From NCBI GenBank assembly GCA_049852185.1, contig CP187540.1: DNA of 64,000 bases; one strand, written 5' to 3'. Both the position numbers and the translations under genes were made by a program. Source of the DNA: Methanocaldococcus sp. 28A. Lineage in GTDB: Archaea; AGJL01; Methanococci; Methanococcales; Methanocaldococcaceae. Each line of letters opens with the position of its first letter. Within the stretch, counting starts at the first letter, position 1. The notes beneath the pieces are model-generated. The model searched no databases. It was given only the letters and a program-made list of their open reading frames with translations, and had not been told where the DNA came from. Shown one piece after another: positions 54,836 to 64,000 of the stretch.

Positions 54836-55000
54836 ATAGGTATTTATGTGTCTAAAACAAGATGGTATATACAATCTTATTCCTAAAAAGTATATGAAAA
54901 TTTTGCTCGAATAAACTAAATATTTTGGTTAATGGGAGTAAATAGTTATTACTGGGATTAAAACTAAAATTTGAAAGAGTTTGATTCAATTTAAAAAATT
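54836..55000 (+). mobile_element. IS6 transposase fragment
   Basis: AGGTATTTATGTGTCTAAAACAAGATG resembles the GIYVSRTR segment of the 40430-40790 relic. Confidence 0.45.
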
Positions 55001-55169
55001 ATGCTGAAAGTTCCTTTTTTTAAGTAGAAAAAGAATAATGCCTAATTTTTAACAGTCATTAGTTGACTTGAAGATTTCTTCGCCCTATATAATTGGCTCT
55101 TAACCTTGGTCTTGATAGGTTCTATAGTGAAAAGGATTTATAATGAAAAAGCATTGATAAATATCTTCC

Positions 55170-55263
55170 AAAAAAAACCTTTATAAGGACAATTTGAATG
55201 CCTTCCTTATGGAGGGCATTCACTAATTCCTTATCTTATTTAAGATAGTTTTGCACACAACTA
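55170..55263. mobile_element. MITE copy lacking one terminus
   Basis: Hairpin and right TIR TTTTGCACACAACTA present. Confidence 0.8.
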
Positions 55264-55370
55264 TAATTTTTCTTATAAAGTTTATTTTTTGCATAAACCA
55301 TAGGTAATTTAACGATATTCTTATATATTAATTCTACTAATATATAAATTGATGTTTGTAGGGGATAAAT

Positions 55371-55802
55371 ATGATTAAATTAAAAAAAAGAGGACAAATA
55401 TCAATTGATTTTATACTTGCAGTATTATTTTTAATGTTAGTCTCACTATTTATATTTTATAATATATCTCTCTTTAATAATGGCTCTATAGAAGCATTAA
55501 TAGCGGATAGAATGTATAGCATAGCAGATACATTTGAAAATTATGCACTTCTTTCTTATACAAAAAATGAAGAAATAAACCTCTATTTAAAGCCTGTTGG
55601 GGTTAAAAATTATACTATTTATTTTGGAAATAAAAAAATAGTTGTTAATACAACGAGGATTATTACTTTTATACCTAATGGAAATGGTGTCATTGTTGAA
55701 GGAGTAGAGAACTCTACTATATTACTTCCAAATAATATTATTAAAATAGAATATGGTAATAATAAATATATTGAAAAAAACCTTTCAATAAATCTATATT
55801 AA
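55371..55802 (+). CDS. Class III signal peptide (minor pilin-like) protein
   Basis: KKRG|QISIDFILAV. Confidence 0.8.
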   Translation: MIKLKKRGQISIDFILAVLFLMLVSLFIFYNISLFNNGSIEALIADRMYSIADTFENYALLSYTKNEEINLYLKPVGVKNYTIYFGNKKIVVNTTRIITFIPNGNGVIVEGVENSTILLPNNIIKIEYGNNKYIEKNLSINLY

Positions 55803-55803
55803 G

Positions 55804-58800
55804 GTGGGTAATATGAGAATAAATTATAGGTTAGTATTCATTCTACTACTATTAAAATTTTTACTATCTTCTTTTGGGGATGTCTTATGGATTCATCCAA
55901 ATAGTATGAACATATCAAATAGTTCTGGATATATTAGTGTAAATACTACCTTAACTTTTGAAGCTTTAGCATCTAATATCAGTATAGCCCAAGCTATATT
56001 AAATGATGGAGTCGTTAAGTGGGACTTTGGAGATTTAAATGAAACAGATTATGGTCCTAATAAAATAGTTACTCATAAATATAGCTTTCCATTTCCATAT
56101 CCAGTAGCATGGTGTGGATATTTAAATGATACAGGATATTCGAAGGCACTTACATACAATTGGCTTATTGTAGGGAGTATTTATAATACAACATATATTT
56201 TTAATGGTAGTCCTTTAAATTCAAAGACTAATTGGAATGTTTATTATAACGCAACTAATAACACTGTAATAATAAATTATTATTTCCCTACGAAAATAAA
56301 TAAGACATTTTATGGTTTAAGTGTTGATACTCAAGAAGTTTTTGTAAATGTTAGCAGAGATGAGATTGTACCAGGAGATAGTGTTGTGTTCAATTTTTCA
56401 ACCAATGAACCAATAATATTTTGTGTATGGTGCTTTGGAGATGGCACATTTTCTTTTGAAAAATCTCCAACCCATACATATAATGAACCAGGAATTTACT
56501 ATCCAAGAGTTTTATTGGTTAATGAGTATGGAAAAGTTTTAGTAGGTTATTTAGATGAAGGTATCAAAGTAAATAAACCCATGGGAGGATATTTTGAACC
56601 AATAAGAAATGAAAACTATGTCTATAACTCTTCAGGAGCTGAAAATGTTGAAGATATATATGCAATGGCATATAAAGTTAATGATACTATATATTTTGAA
56701 CCATATATATTTTCAGGTACAATAAAATATGATTATGGAGATGGCACAGAAACGGATTATATTAATTATATCACACCAAATAATTATATAAACACTCCAT
56801 TTAATCATACCTATTCTTATCCATTTATTTATCCTATTTGTTGGATGTATTATGACCCATATTCATCCTCATATACAGCATTTTCGGCTACTTTAGATTA
56901 TTTAGTAATTGGAGATGTAGGAAATACTATTTATGAATTTATTCCTAATGATACTTATACATCTAAGCCAAAAGTGGTTTATGATTCCACTAATCATACA
57001 GTTAAATTTTATTTCTATTCAGAGAACATTAATAAAACAGTAACTTTAAAGTTAAAGCAGAAGGTTCATTATGATGTATTAGTCTATGCTAAGGAAGTAA
57101 ATGGAAGTATACAATATAGTTTTGACTATCCATACGGAAAACCTGTCTTTGTATTTTGGAGCTTTGGAGATGGAACTTATTCATTAAACAATAGTCCAGT
57201 GCATACTTATCCAAATGATGGCATAGATTACCAAGCACATGTTTTAATAGTTGATGAAAATGGAGTAGTTTCAGTAGGTTTTGGACCTGTAATAAAGAAT
57301 AATAAAATTATAGCTACTATGTTATATGTGGAACCTACCTTCATACCTGTAAATGGAACAGTTAATGTAACATATTTTGATCCAATTGTAGGATATTCTA
57401 TATATACTAACTATCCTCTTACTTTAAGTAATTATTTAGACTTATATATTGAGAATTATGCTTATATACCCTTATATGAGTCATTATGTTATCATAACTA
57501 TATTTATTACTGGCGGAGATTTATAATAGGTGATTACTGGGATGTAACTAATTATAATATCTATCCAGGTTTTGTTGAATATATTACTCATTATTGGAAC
57601 ATAGATAATAGTACCTTAACTATAATGTATAAATTTTTAAAAGAAGGAATCTACTATATTAAAGGATATGATGATGCTGGACAATTTGTCCCAAGAATGA
57701 TAAAAGTCATCAATAATCACAACCCTGTAGCTATATTATATGTTTATCCAAATCCTGCAAGTTACAACACTACTGTATTTTTCAACCCATTAAATAGCTA
57801 TGATCCTGATGCGGGTAGAACATTGTCCGATGGTTCTGGATACGTAATATCCCCAGACGAACCTTATGCAAGAATATATGGATTTAATTTAACTGTATAT
57901 AACTCTTCAGGGGATGTCGTATGGAATTATACATCAAGTGAATTAACTGTAATTTATCATAAATTCCCTGTAGGTAATTACACAGCAGTATTAACTGTTT
58001 GGGATGGATGGGGTAAAACAAATTCCACAAATGTTACATTTGAAGTTATAAATCAACCGCCAGTGGCGAATTTCATATACTCTCCAGAATATCCAAAAGT
58101 TAATGAAACGGTAACATTCAATGCTCTACCTTCATATGACCCTGATGGAAGAATTGTAAAATATGTATGGAATTTTGGAGATGGTTCAACATTAACTACA
58201 AATATTTCAATTGTTACCCATACCTATACAAAACCTGGAATATATAATGTAACATTAACAGTATATGATAATCTAAATGCATCAAGTTCTATATCAAAGA
58301 ATATAACTGTATATTACCTTAAAGTAGATTTCGAATGTCCTAATGTAGCAAAAGTTAATACACCAATAAACTTTATAGATAAATCAGTATCAGAGCCTGT
58401 AAATATTGTAAAATGGTTATGGAACTTTGGAGATGGAAGTACTTCAAATGAACAGAATCCTACACATGTATATTCAAAAGAAGGAACTTATACTGTGACG
58501 CTGACTGTATGGAACCAATTAGGTATTAGTGCTCAAAAATCTAAAATAATAATTATAGGAAATACAAACTATCCACCAATTGCAAAATTCAATTTTACAG
58601 TTAATGGATTAAATGTAACCTTCGACGCTTCAAGCTCTTATGATATAGATGGAGAAATTGTAGAATACATCTGGGACTTTGGAGATGGAAGTAGTATAAC
58701 AACAACTAATCCAATAACATCACACAAATATGCAAAAAGTGGAATATACACAGTTAAATTGACTGTTGTAGATAATAATGGAAACAAAGGTTCAACAGTA

Positions 58801-58917
58801 AGATTAGTTTCTGTTAGTGCTACAGAAAAAAACGTCCCAATCCCTATATCAGTTGAAATCCTCACTTTAATTACAACTTTATTGATAATAAACTACATTA
58901 TGAGGAGATTCACATGA
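55804..58917 (+). CDS. Multi-PKD-domain surface glycoprotein with PIP-CTERM sorting signal
   Basis: Repeated WxFGDG PKD motifs, many N-x-S/T sequons, C-terminus VPIP + TM + RR. Confidence 0.9.
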   Translation: MGNMRINYRLVFILLLLKFLLSSFGDVLWIHPNSMNISNSSGYISVNTTLTFEALASNISIAQAILNDGVVKWDFGDLNETDYGPNKIVTHKYSFPFPYPVAWCGYLNDTGYSKALTYNWLIVGSIYNTTYIFNGSPLNSKTNWNVYYNATNNTVIINYYFPTKINKTFYGLSVDTQEVFVNVSRDEIVPGDSVVFNFSTNEPIIFCVWCFGDGTFSFEKSPTHTYNEPGIYYPRVLLVNEYGKVLVGYLDEGIKVNKPMGGYFEPIRNENYVYNSSGAENVEDIYAMAYKVNDTIYFEPYIFSGTIKYDYGDGTETDYINYITPNNYINTPFNHTYSYPFIYPICWMYYDPYSSSYTAFSATLDYLVIGDVGNTIYEFIPNDTYTSKPKVVYDSTNHTVKFYFYSENINKTVTLKLKQKVHYDVLVYAKEVNGSIQYSFDYPYGKPVFVFWSFGDGTYSLNNSPVHTYPNDGIDYQAHVLIVDENGVVSVGFGPVIKNNKIIATMLYVEPTFIPVNGTVNVTYFDPIVGYSIYTNYPLTLSNYLDLYIENYAYIPLYESLCYHNYIYYWRRFIIGDYWDVTNYNIYPGFVEYITHYWNIDNSTLTIMYKFLKEGIYYIKGYDDAGQFVPRMIKVINNHNPVAILYVYPNPASYNTTVFFNPLNSYDPDAGRTLSDGSGYVISPDEPYARIYGFNLTVYNSSGDVVWNYTSSELTVIYHKFPVGNYTAVLTVWDGWGKTNSTNVTFEVINQPPVANFIYSPEYPKVNETVTFNALPSYDPDGRIVKYVWNFGDGSTLTTNISIVTHTYTKPGIYNVTLTVYDNLNASSSISKNITVYYLKVDFECPNVAKVNTPINFIDKSVSEPVNIVKWLWNFGDGSTSNEQNPTHVYSKEGTYTVTLTVWNQLGISAQKSKIIIIGNTNYPPIAKFNFTVNGLNVTFDASSSYDIDGEIVEYIWDFGDGSSITTTNPITSHKYAKSGIYTVKLTVVDNNGNKGSTVRLVSVSATEKNVPIPISVEILTLITTLLIINYIMRRFT

Positions 58918-59135
58918 AAAAAATGCTCTCAAATAGGGGTCAAATAACTTTAGAATTTGCTTTATTGTTAGCTGGAATTGTAGCTGTAGTAGCAATTATT
59001 GGATTTTATTATTTAAAAAGTATAAAATCCTCTTCAGCCTCTGCTAAAAGTTCAAATATAAAAACTACTACCACAGCTGATAATAACGTTCTTGGACAGG
59101 TAGATAAAGTAAAAGAGGTTACAGCAAATGGATAA
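58914..59135 (+). CDS. Class III signal peptide type IV pilin
   Basis: NRG|QITLEFALLLAGIVAVVAI. Confidence 0.85.
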   Translation: MKKMLSNRGQITLEFALLLAGIVAVVAIIGFYYLKSIKSSSASAKSSNIKTTTTADNNVLGQVDKVKEVTANG

Positions 59136-59589
59136 TAAAAGATACTTATTAAATTTCTTTATTTTATTAGTTTTGATATATCTTTTTTTGAAAAATTTTG
59201 AAATAGAAATTGCTAAAATACTAACCATTATTATCGGAAATTTACTAAAAATTCCTTATTTTGAAAATAAACTTATTTATAATAAAGAAATATTTTCAAT
59301 AAATCCTGCATGTACATGCTCTTTTGAAATTGCTCTATTTTTGGCTTATGTACTTGCTACACCAAAAGTCCCTATTAAATATAAATTAACATATTCTATT
59401 ATTGGAATGTTAATTATAAACATTACAAACATATTGAGGATAATTTTTATTTTAAAAAACTCATACTTGACAAATTACAAGATTATCCATAATTTAATAA
59501 GCTTTATAATCTTTCCAGTAGCGTTAATTTTAAATCTCATATGGGTTAAGATATTATTAAAGATTGGAGTAGTTAAACAAAATAAATAA
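59128..59589 (+). CDS. artD: Archaeosortase D
   Basis: Cys/Arg/His triad in INPACTC, NILRI, IHN; next to a PIP-CTERM protein. Confidence 0.82.
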   Translation: MDNKRYLLNFFILLVLIYLFLKNFEIEIAKILTIIIGNLLKIPYFENKLIYNKEIFSINPACTCSFEIALFLAYVLATPKVPIKYKLTYSIIGMLIINITNILRIIFILKNSYLTNYKIIHNLISFIIFPVALILNLIWVKILLKIGVVKQNK

Positions 59590-59636
59590 AATTATTTAAT
59601 TAATAAAATAAACAACCATTAAATTGGGAGATTCTT

Positions 59637-60497
59637 ATGATAATAAAAAAAATTAAATCAAATAAAGGTTATGTATTTACTTATGAGGCATTAATTGTTG
59701 CTTTTATTTTTGTAAGTATATTTTATATTGGATATATGACCTATAGTTATAACTTAGGGACAGCAATAGAAGAAAAAAGAGATATTGAACAATTTCACAA
59801 ATCTTTATTATTAAAAGATTTATTCCTAAAAAAATATGAGTTTCCTGGAAACTATAGTGAAGATTATATTCAAAATTTTACATCTGAATTAAACTTACAA
59901 GAAAAAACATTCGACCCAATTAATAATTTCAGTAATGATTCTGGAAAATTTTATTTTATAATTCATCCTAATGAGTATGATAAACTGTTAGATAATGCAA
60001 ACATTCCATTAAATAACATAACATTAACATTTAATAACGGAGAAACTTTTAAAATATATTCTAATGTTAGTGGTAATTGTAGCCAACCTGGAACTTTAAA
60101 CGGTTATACAATAATCACTTTTAAAGAAAATGTATATATTCCAAAGATTACAGGAATTACTAAAAATACAAAGGAAATAGAACTATATGGATGTAATGGA
60201 GACCATATTTATTTTAAAGTGAATGAGAATGTAACTAATTTTTCAGCAAGATTACTTAATACTACAAATAATGAGAATGTAACAATCAGTATAAATGGAG
60301 TTTTATATGAGATTACCTTAAATAATTCTGAAAAATCAATAAATTGCACTCAAAATATTAAAATAAATGATATAAATAATATAAGAATATTAAATAGTCC
60401 TTCAGTAGTAGAATTCTACATAACTACTCAAAATAATGCTAACTTTTACTATCTAACTTTATCTCCAAGGAATGTTACTATTATGGTGAAACCATGA
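59637..60497 (+). CDS. Pilin-like secreted protein (class III-like signal)
   Basis: NKG|YVFTYEALIVAFIF. Confidence 0.7.
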   Translation: MIIKKIKSNKGYVFTYEALIVAFIFVSIFYIGYMTYSYNLGTAIEEKRDIEQFHKSLLLKDLFLKKYEFPGNYSEDYIQNFTSELNLQEKTFDPINNFSNDSGKFYFIIHPNEYDKLLDNANIPLNNITLTFNNGETFKIYSNVSGNCSQPGTLNGYTIITFKENVYIPKITGITKNTKEIELYGCNGDHIYFKVNENVTNFSARLLNTTNNENVTISINGVLYEITLNNSEKSINCTQNIKINDINNIRILNSPSVVEFYITTQNNANFYYLTLSPRNVTIMVKP

Positions 60498-61018
60498 TTA
60501 ACTCCTTAGATTTAACTATAGGTACTATTATTTTAATTATTGGTATGGCTTACTGGACTACTTCAGTTATTGAACATAACAACAATTATATGGATGCTGT
60601 TAAATCAGAATATTTATTTGACAAGGGAATTAGTACTATGGAAAAATTATCACAAGATGGCACATTACAGGATGCTGTCCTATTGTATTATTTTAATAAA
60701 TCCGAAGAGGCTAAAAAGCTTTTAGAGGAAAATATACCATTAGATGACTATATGATTTATATTGATAATAATTTATTAATTAATCATTCTAAGACTACAA
60801 CAAAAAATTATATAGTTGTTATAGCAGTTTTAACATTAAATAGAAGTGAAGGATGGTATGTTATATATGGAAATAGTAGTGAAATCCATATATCTGATAG
60901 AAGATTTATGAATTATGATGAAGCATACAATAATTTTAGAAGTTATACCATAGATTTACCTGTTTATTTATCAAAAAGTATAACATCTTCAAAAGTCAAA
61001 TTATATGTAATGGGATAA
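60494..61018 (+). CDS. Pilus-locus hypothetical membrane-anchored protein
   Basis: N-terminal SLDLTIGTIILIIG hydrophobic helix; operonic. Confidence 0.7.
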   Translation: MINSLDLTIGTIILIIGMAYWTTSVIEHNNNYMDAVKSEYLFDKGISTMEKLSQDGTLQDAVLLYYFNKSEEAKKLLEENIPLDDYMIYIDNNLLINHSKTTTKNYIVVIAVLTLNRSEGWYVIYGNSSEIHISDRRFMNYDEAYNNFRSYTIDLPVYLSKSITSSKVKLYVMG

Positions 61019-61027
61019 TTTAGTTAG

Positions 61028-61627
61028 GTGATTCTTATGTATTTTTCACAGAATGCTATAATATTAGTTTTATTAATGTTTGTAACATCTTCAATATATT
61101 ATGCTACACTACAATATGAAACTAAAGCTGTAGAAGATGAGATTAAAATAAAAAAATTCAGTTTATATGAAAAAAATTTGAGAAATACCTTAGAAAGGAA
61201 TATTGATAAAATTGTTAATGATGCATTTATAAATGCAAGCTATAAAATAATGAGTGAAAAAAAGTTCTTTAATACCTCAGATGATGCAAAAGAATATATT
61301 ATATCCTATAGAATAAATGAAACTAATAAGACATTGTTATGCTTAAATGATAATATAAATATTATATATCAAATTAAAGATGTAACAATAACTAACACAA
61401 CTAATCCTTTTATTATGCACATTGATATGAACATTGACTTAATATATACAAAAACATTAAATAATGTAGTAATACAAGCTACTAAAACAATAACTATTAA
61501 CAAAAATATTAAATTATCAAGAATTCCAGACCCTTATGTATATGTTAATTATGGAAAAGCTCAATACTACAATGGAACATATCCAATATTTAACTTATTT
61601 GCTAATGAAACTAATACTACCTCCTAA
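61028..61627 (+). CDS. Pilus-locus hypothetical protein
   Basis: MYFSQNAIILVLLMF N-terminal TM, IPDPYVY motif. Confidence 0.65.
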   Translation: MILMYFSQNAIILVLLMFVTSSIYYATLQYETKAVEDEIKIKKFSLYEKNLRNTLERNIDKIVNDAFINASYKIMSEKKFFNTSDDAKEYIISYRINETNKTLLCLNDNINIIYQIKDVTITNTTNPFIMHIDMNIDLIYTKTLNNVVIQATKTITINKNIKLSRIPDPYVYVNYGKAQYYNGTYPIFNLFANETNTTS

Positions 61628-62549
61628 TTTCAATACTTTTTGCAGCAATAACCATATTTTTTAATTTATTAAAAGCAACATCTATTGGCAATAGCCTCAT
61701 TCCACAATCAGGGTCTATTAAAATATTTTCAGATAAATTTTTATTTAATTTTTCATTATTTTTTAATATCTCTAATCCTTCCTCTATCAAGCTTTTTATC
61801 TCATCAACACTTTCAACCTTTTTAATTTTTGTATTTACACATCCAAAGCCTACTTTCTTTTCTATACTTTCTAAAATTTCTAAGTTTTTTTTATTTGAAG
61901 CAAATTCATGGTCTAAAATATCCACGTTAAATTTATTTAGTTCATCGATAACATTATATACATTCCCACATACATGCATAGAAAATTTAACATCTAAACC
62001 ACTCACTATAATATCTATAGCCTTTCTTGCTACATCAAAATCATATAAACCAGTTGATAGTATTGGTTCATCAATCTGTATTATTGGAACATGCTTTTTT
62101 AGTGCCTCAACCTCCTTCCTAAGAGCTTTAGCAATATCATAAATTAAATTTTCATCTTTGTTATCTGAGTAATAACTTTCAACCCTAACAGACGAAGCTA
62201 TTGTGCAAGGTCCTGTTATAATACCTTTAACTTCAACATTTTGGTTGAGTTTTTTTCCCAATTTTTTTGCATATAAAATATCTTTTAGTGTTATTGGTTT
62301 TATAAACTCTATTTTGCCAAGAACTCTCTTTCCATCAAAACCATACATATTGTTTGTAAAAATCTCAACCATGTCTCCCCTAACTTGCCCATCACTTATA
62401 ATATTAATCCCTGCTTTAACTTGGTCTTCAACAGCTCTTTCAATTGCATATTTATATTCGTCATATAAACCAAGTGCTTTTTTTACCTTATCTAAAAATG
62501 TTTCTTCCTTTTTAACTACTGGATAACTACCAACAACTGTTGTTATCAT
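61617..62549 (-). CDS. metE: Cobalamin-independent methionine synthase, catalytic-domain-only (core) form
   Basis: TTVVGSYP, SDGQVR, ITGPCT, IQIDEP, HVCG, DPDCG. Confidence 0.88.
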   Translation of the reverse strand: MITTVVGSYPVVKKEETFLDKVKKALGLYDEYKYAIERAVEDQVKAGINIISDGQVRGDMVEIFTNNMYGFDGKRVLGKIEFIKPITLKDILYAKKLGKKLNQNVEVKGIITGPCTIASSVRVESYYSDNKDENLIYDIAKALRKEVEALKKHVPIIQIDEPILSTGLYDFDVARKAIDIIVSGLDVKFSMHVCGNVYNVIDELNKFNVDILDHEFASNKKNLEILESIEKKVGFGCVNTKIKKVESVDEIKSLIEEGLEILKNNEKLNKNLSENILIDPDCGMRLLPIDVAFNKLKNMVIAAKSIEIRR

Positions 62550-62644
62550 CTTCTCACCAACTTTTTATACATTAATTTAATAAATCTTCAATTATTATTA
62601 GTTTTATGCAAAAGTATTTAGAATGTAATGTAGAGTTTAGTTTA

Positions 62645-62754
62645 TAGTTGTGTGCAAAACTATCTTAAATAAAATAAGGAATTAGTGAATGCCTTCTTTA
62701 AGGAAGGCATTCAAATTATCCTTTTTAAAGTTTATTTCATTTTGCACACAACTA
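62645..62754. mobile_element. 110-bp MITE copy (reverse orientation)
   Basis: Perfect TIRs, TA flanks, hairpin GAATGCCTTCTTTAAGGAAGGCATTC. Confidence 0.9.
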
Positions 62755-62790
62755 TATTTTGCAAAATATTATAAAATAGGATGTGAAACT

Positions 62791-63297
62791 ATGAAAGTTA
62801 AGGTGTTAGATGCTTCAGCTATTATTCATGGATACAACCCAATTATAGAGGAGGGATTACACTATATAACCCCAGAGGTTTTGGAAGAGATAGAATCAAA
62901 AAAAATTATTGTTGAACAAGCACTAAATTTTGGAAAATTGAAAATTATGAATCCTAATAAGGAATACATAAAAAAAGTTGAAGATGTTGTTAAAAAAACT
63001 GGAGATAATTTATCTCAGCAAGATATTGGCATCTTAGCTTTAGCTTTAAATTTAAATGCTATTTTATATACTGATGATTACGGTATTCAAAATGTGGCTA
63101 AAAAATTAAATATTGAAGTTAAAGGAGTTTCTTATAAACCTACAGATAAAGATTTTGTTTGGAGAAAGGTTTGTGAAGGTTGTAAAAAACTTTACCCAGT
63201 AGATTATAAAGAAGATGTCTGCGAGATTTGTGGAAGTCCATTAAAAAGGAAAATGGTTAAATCAAGATTAAGGAAAAAAAAGAAAAAACAAAAATAA
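62791..63297 (+). CDS. nob1: Nob1 PIN-domain endonuclease with Zn ribbon
   Basis: VLDASAII, LSQQD, TDDYGIQNVA, CEGC...CEICG; upstream ORF extension comes from the MITE. Confidence 0.9.
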   Translation: MKVKVLDASAIIHGYNPIIEEGLHYITPEVLEEIESKKIIVEQALNFGKLKIMNPNKEYIKKVEDVVKKTGDNLSQQDIGILALALNLNAILYTDDYGIQNVAKKLNIEVKGVSYKPTDKDFVWRKVCEGCKKLYPVDYKEDVCEICGSPLKRKMVKSRLRKKKKKQK

Positions 63298-63310
63298 ACT
63301 TAGTGATTAT

Positions 63311-63688
63311 ATGAAAAAGTTAAGAGCAAAAACAAAGGATGAATTGATTGAAAAAATTAAAGAACTTGGAGAAGAGGATGAGATTTATATAAACTTAGAG
63401 CTAAACAGAGATGTAGCTATTGCTTTGTTGGAAAATTGTGAGCCAAAGAAGGTATATTTGCCAAAATCAAAATATAAGAGGTCTTCAAAGAAAATTATAA
63501 AGGCTTTAGAAGGTGTAGGTGTTGAAGTTATCCCTATAGAAGCAAAAACAGGAAGACCTACAGATGTAGATGAGATTATTAAAAAATATCTCGACAAAAA
63601 ACCTAAAGAAATTGCCGAAATTACTGGGATTAATTTAAAAACTGTTGAATATCATTATTATAAATTAAAAAAGGAAAAGAAACAGTGA
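63311..63688 (+). CDS. DUF1699-like protein with C-terminal HTH
   Basis: PKKVYLPKSKYKR, GRP, KEIAEITGINLKTVEYHY. Confidence 0.65.
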   Translation: MKKLRAKTKDELIEKIKELGEEDEIYINLELNRDVAIALLENCEPKKVYLPKSKYKRSSKKIIKALEGVGVEVIPIEAKTGRPTDVDEIIKKYLDKKPKEIAEITGINLKTVEYHYYKLKKEKKQ

Positions 63689-63692
63689 TATT

Positions 63693-64000
63693 ATGATTTC
63701 TGTCATCTTAGTTAATCCAAAATACAGTGGAAATGTTGGCAGTATAGCAAGAGTTATGATGAATTTTGGATTTGATGAACTTAGAATAGTTGGAAACAAA
63801 AACATAATAAATAATGAAGCCTATATGATGGCAGTCCATGCAAGGGAAATTCTAGATAATGCCAAATTTTATAATACCTTTGATGAAGCAATAAAAGATT
63901 TAGATTTTGTTATAGCCACTTCAGGGGCAAGAGGAGGAGATAGAAATTTAAAGAGAGTTCCAATAACTCCAAAAGAACTGGCTAATAAAATCTTAGAGGT
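63693..64000 (+). CDS. trmJ: TrmJ/LasT family tRNA methyltransferase (runs off window end)
   Basis: ILVNPKYSGNVGSIARVMMNFGFDELRIV...MAVHAREIL...VIATSG. Confidence 0.88.
   Translation, partial: MISVILVNPKYSGNVGSIARVMMNFGFDELRIVGNKNIINNEAYMMAVHAREILDNAKFYNTFDEAIKDLDFVIATSGARGGDRNLKRVPITPKELANKILE

Noticed and set aside
62689-62790. N-terminal extension of Nob1
   Set aside because: Starts inside a MITE; the PIN domain begins at ATG 62791

Overview
AT-rich archaeal chromosome segment that looks like Methanocaldococcus (hyperthermophilic methanogen); most proteins closely resemble M. jannaschii genes as I recall them. The housekeeping backbone includes egsA, purA, surE, nep1, cbiJ, thrC, leuD/ilvD, Hfq-like, bioF/bioW, methanogenesis markers 15/17, pdxS, tfrA, glyS, aIF6, rpl31e, gatD/gatE, metE-like and nob1, plus a type IV pilin-like/PKD/archaeosortase D locus. 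It is heavily invaded by mobile DNA: two IS701 copies, relics of ISH3, IS481, IS5-like and IS6 elements, a stand-alone TnpB, nine copies of a ~110-bp TA-targeting MITE and a 44-bp micro-element. The most interesting region is ~20.1-31.7 kb, a tandem array of up to three cassettes [shared ~255-bp leader - secreted hydrophobic peptide precursor with conserved 26-aa leader plus PVALGD motif and divergent core - unrelated small membrane protein - SpoIIM/DUF95 gene or relic]. It is followed by Yip1, a COG1361 protein and a MacB/LolCDE-type ABC transporter, which together suggest a polymorphic, circular-bacteriocin-like archaeocin system. Both precursor leaders contain an identical consensus k-turn and a hairpin that could sequester the Shine-Dalgarno site. 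An unannotated box C/D guide RNA lies at 49.45 kb. All family calls are from motif recognition by eye; no searches were run.
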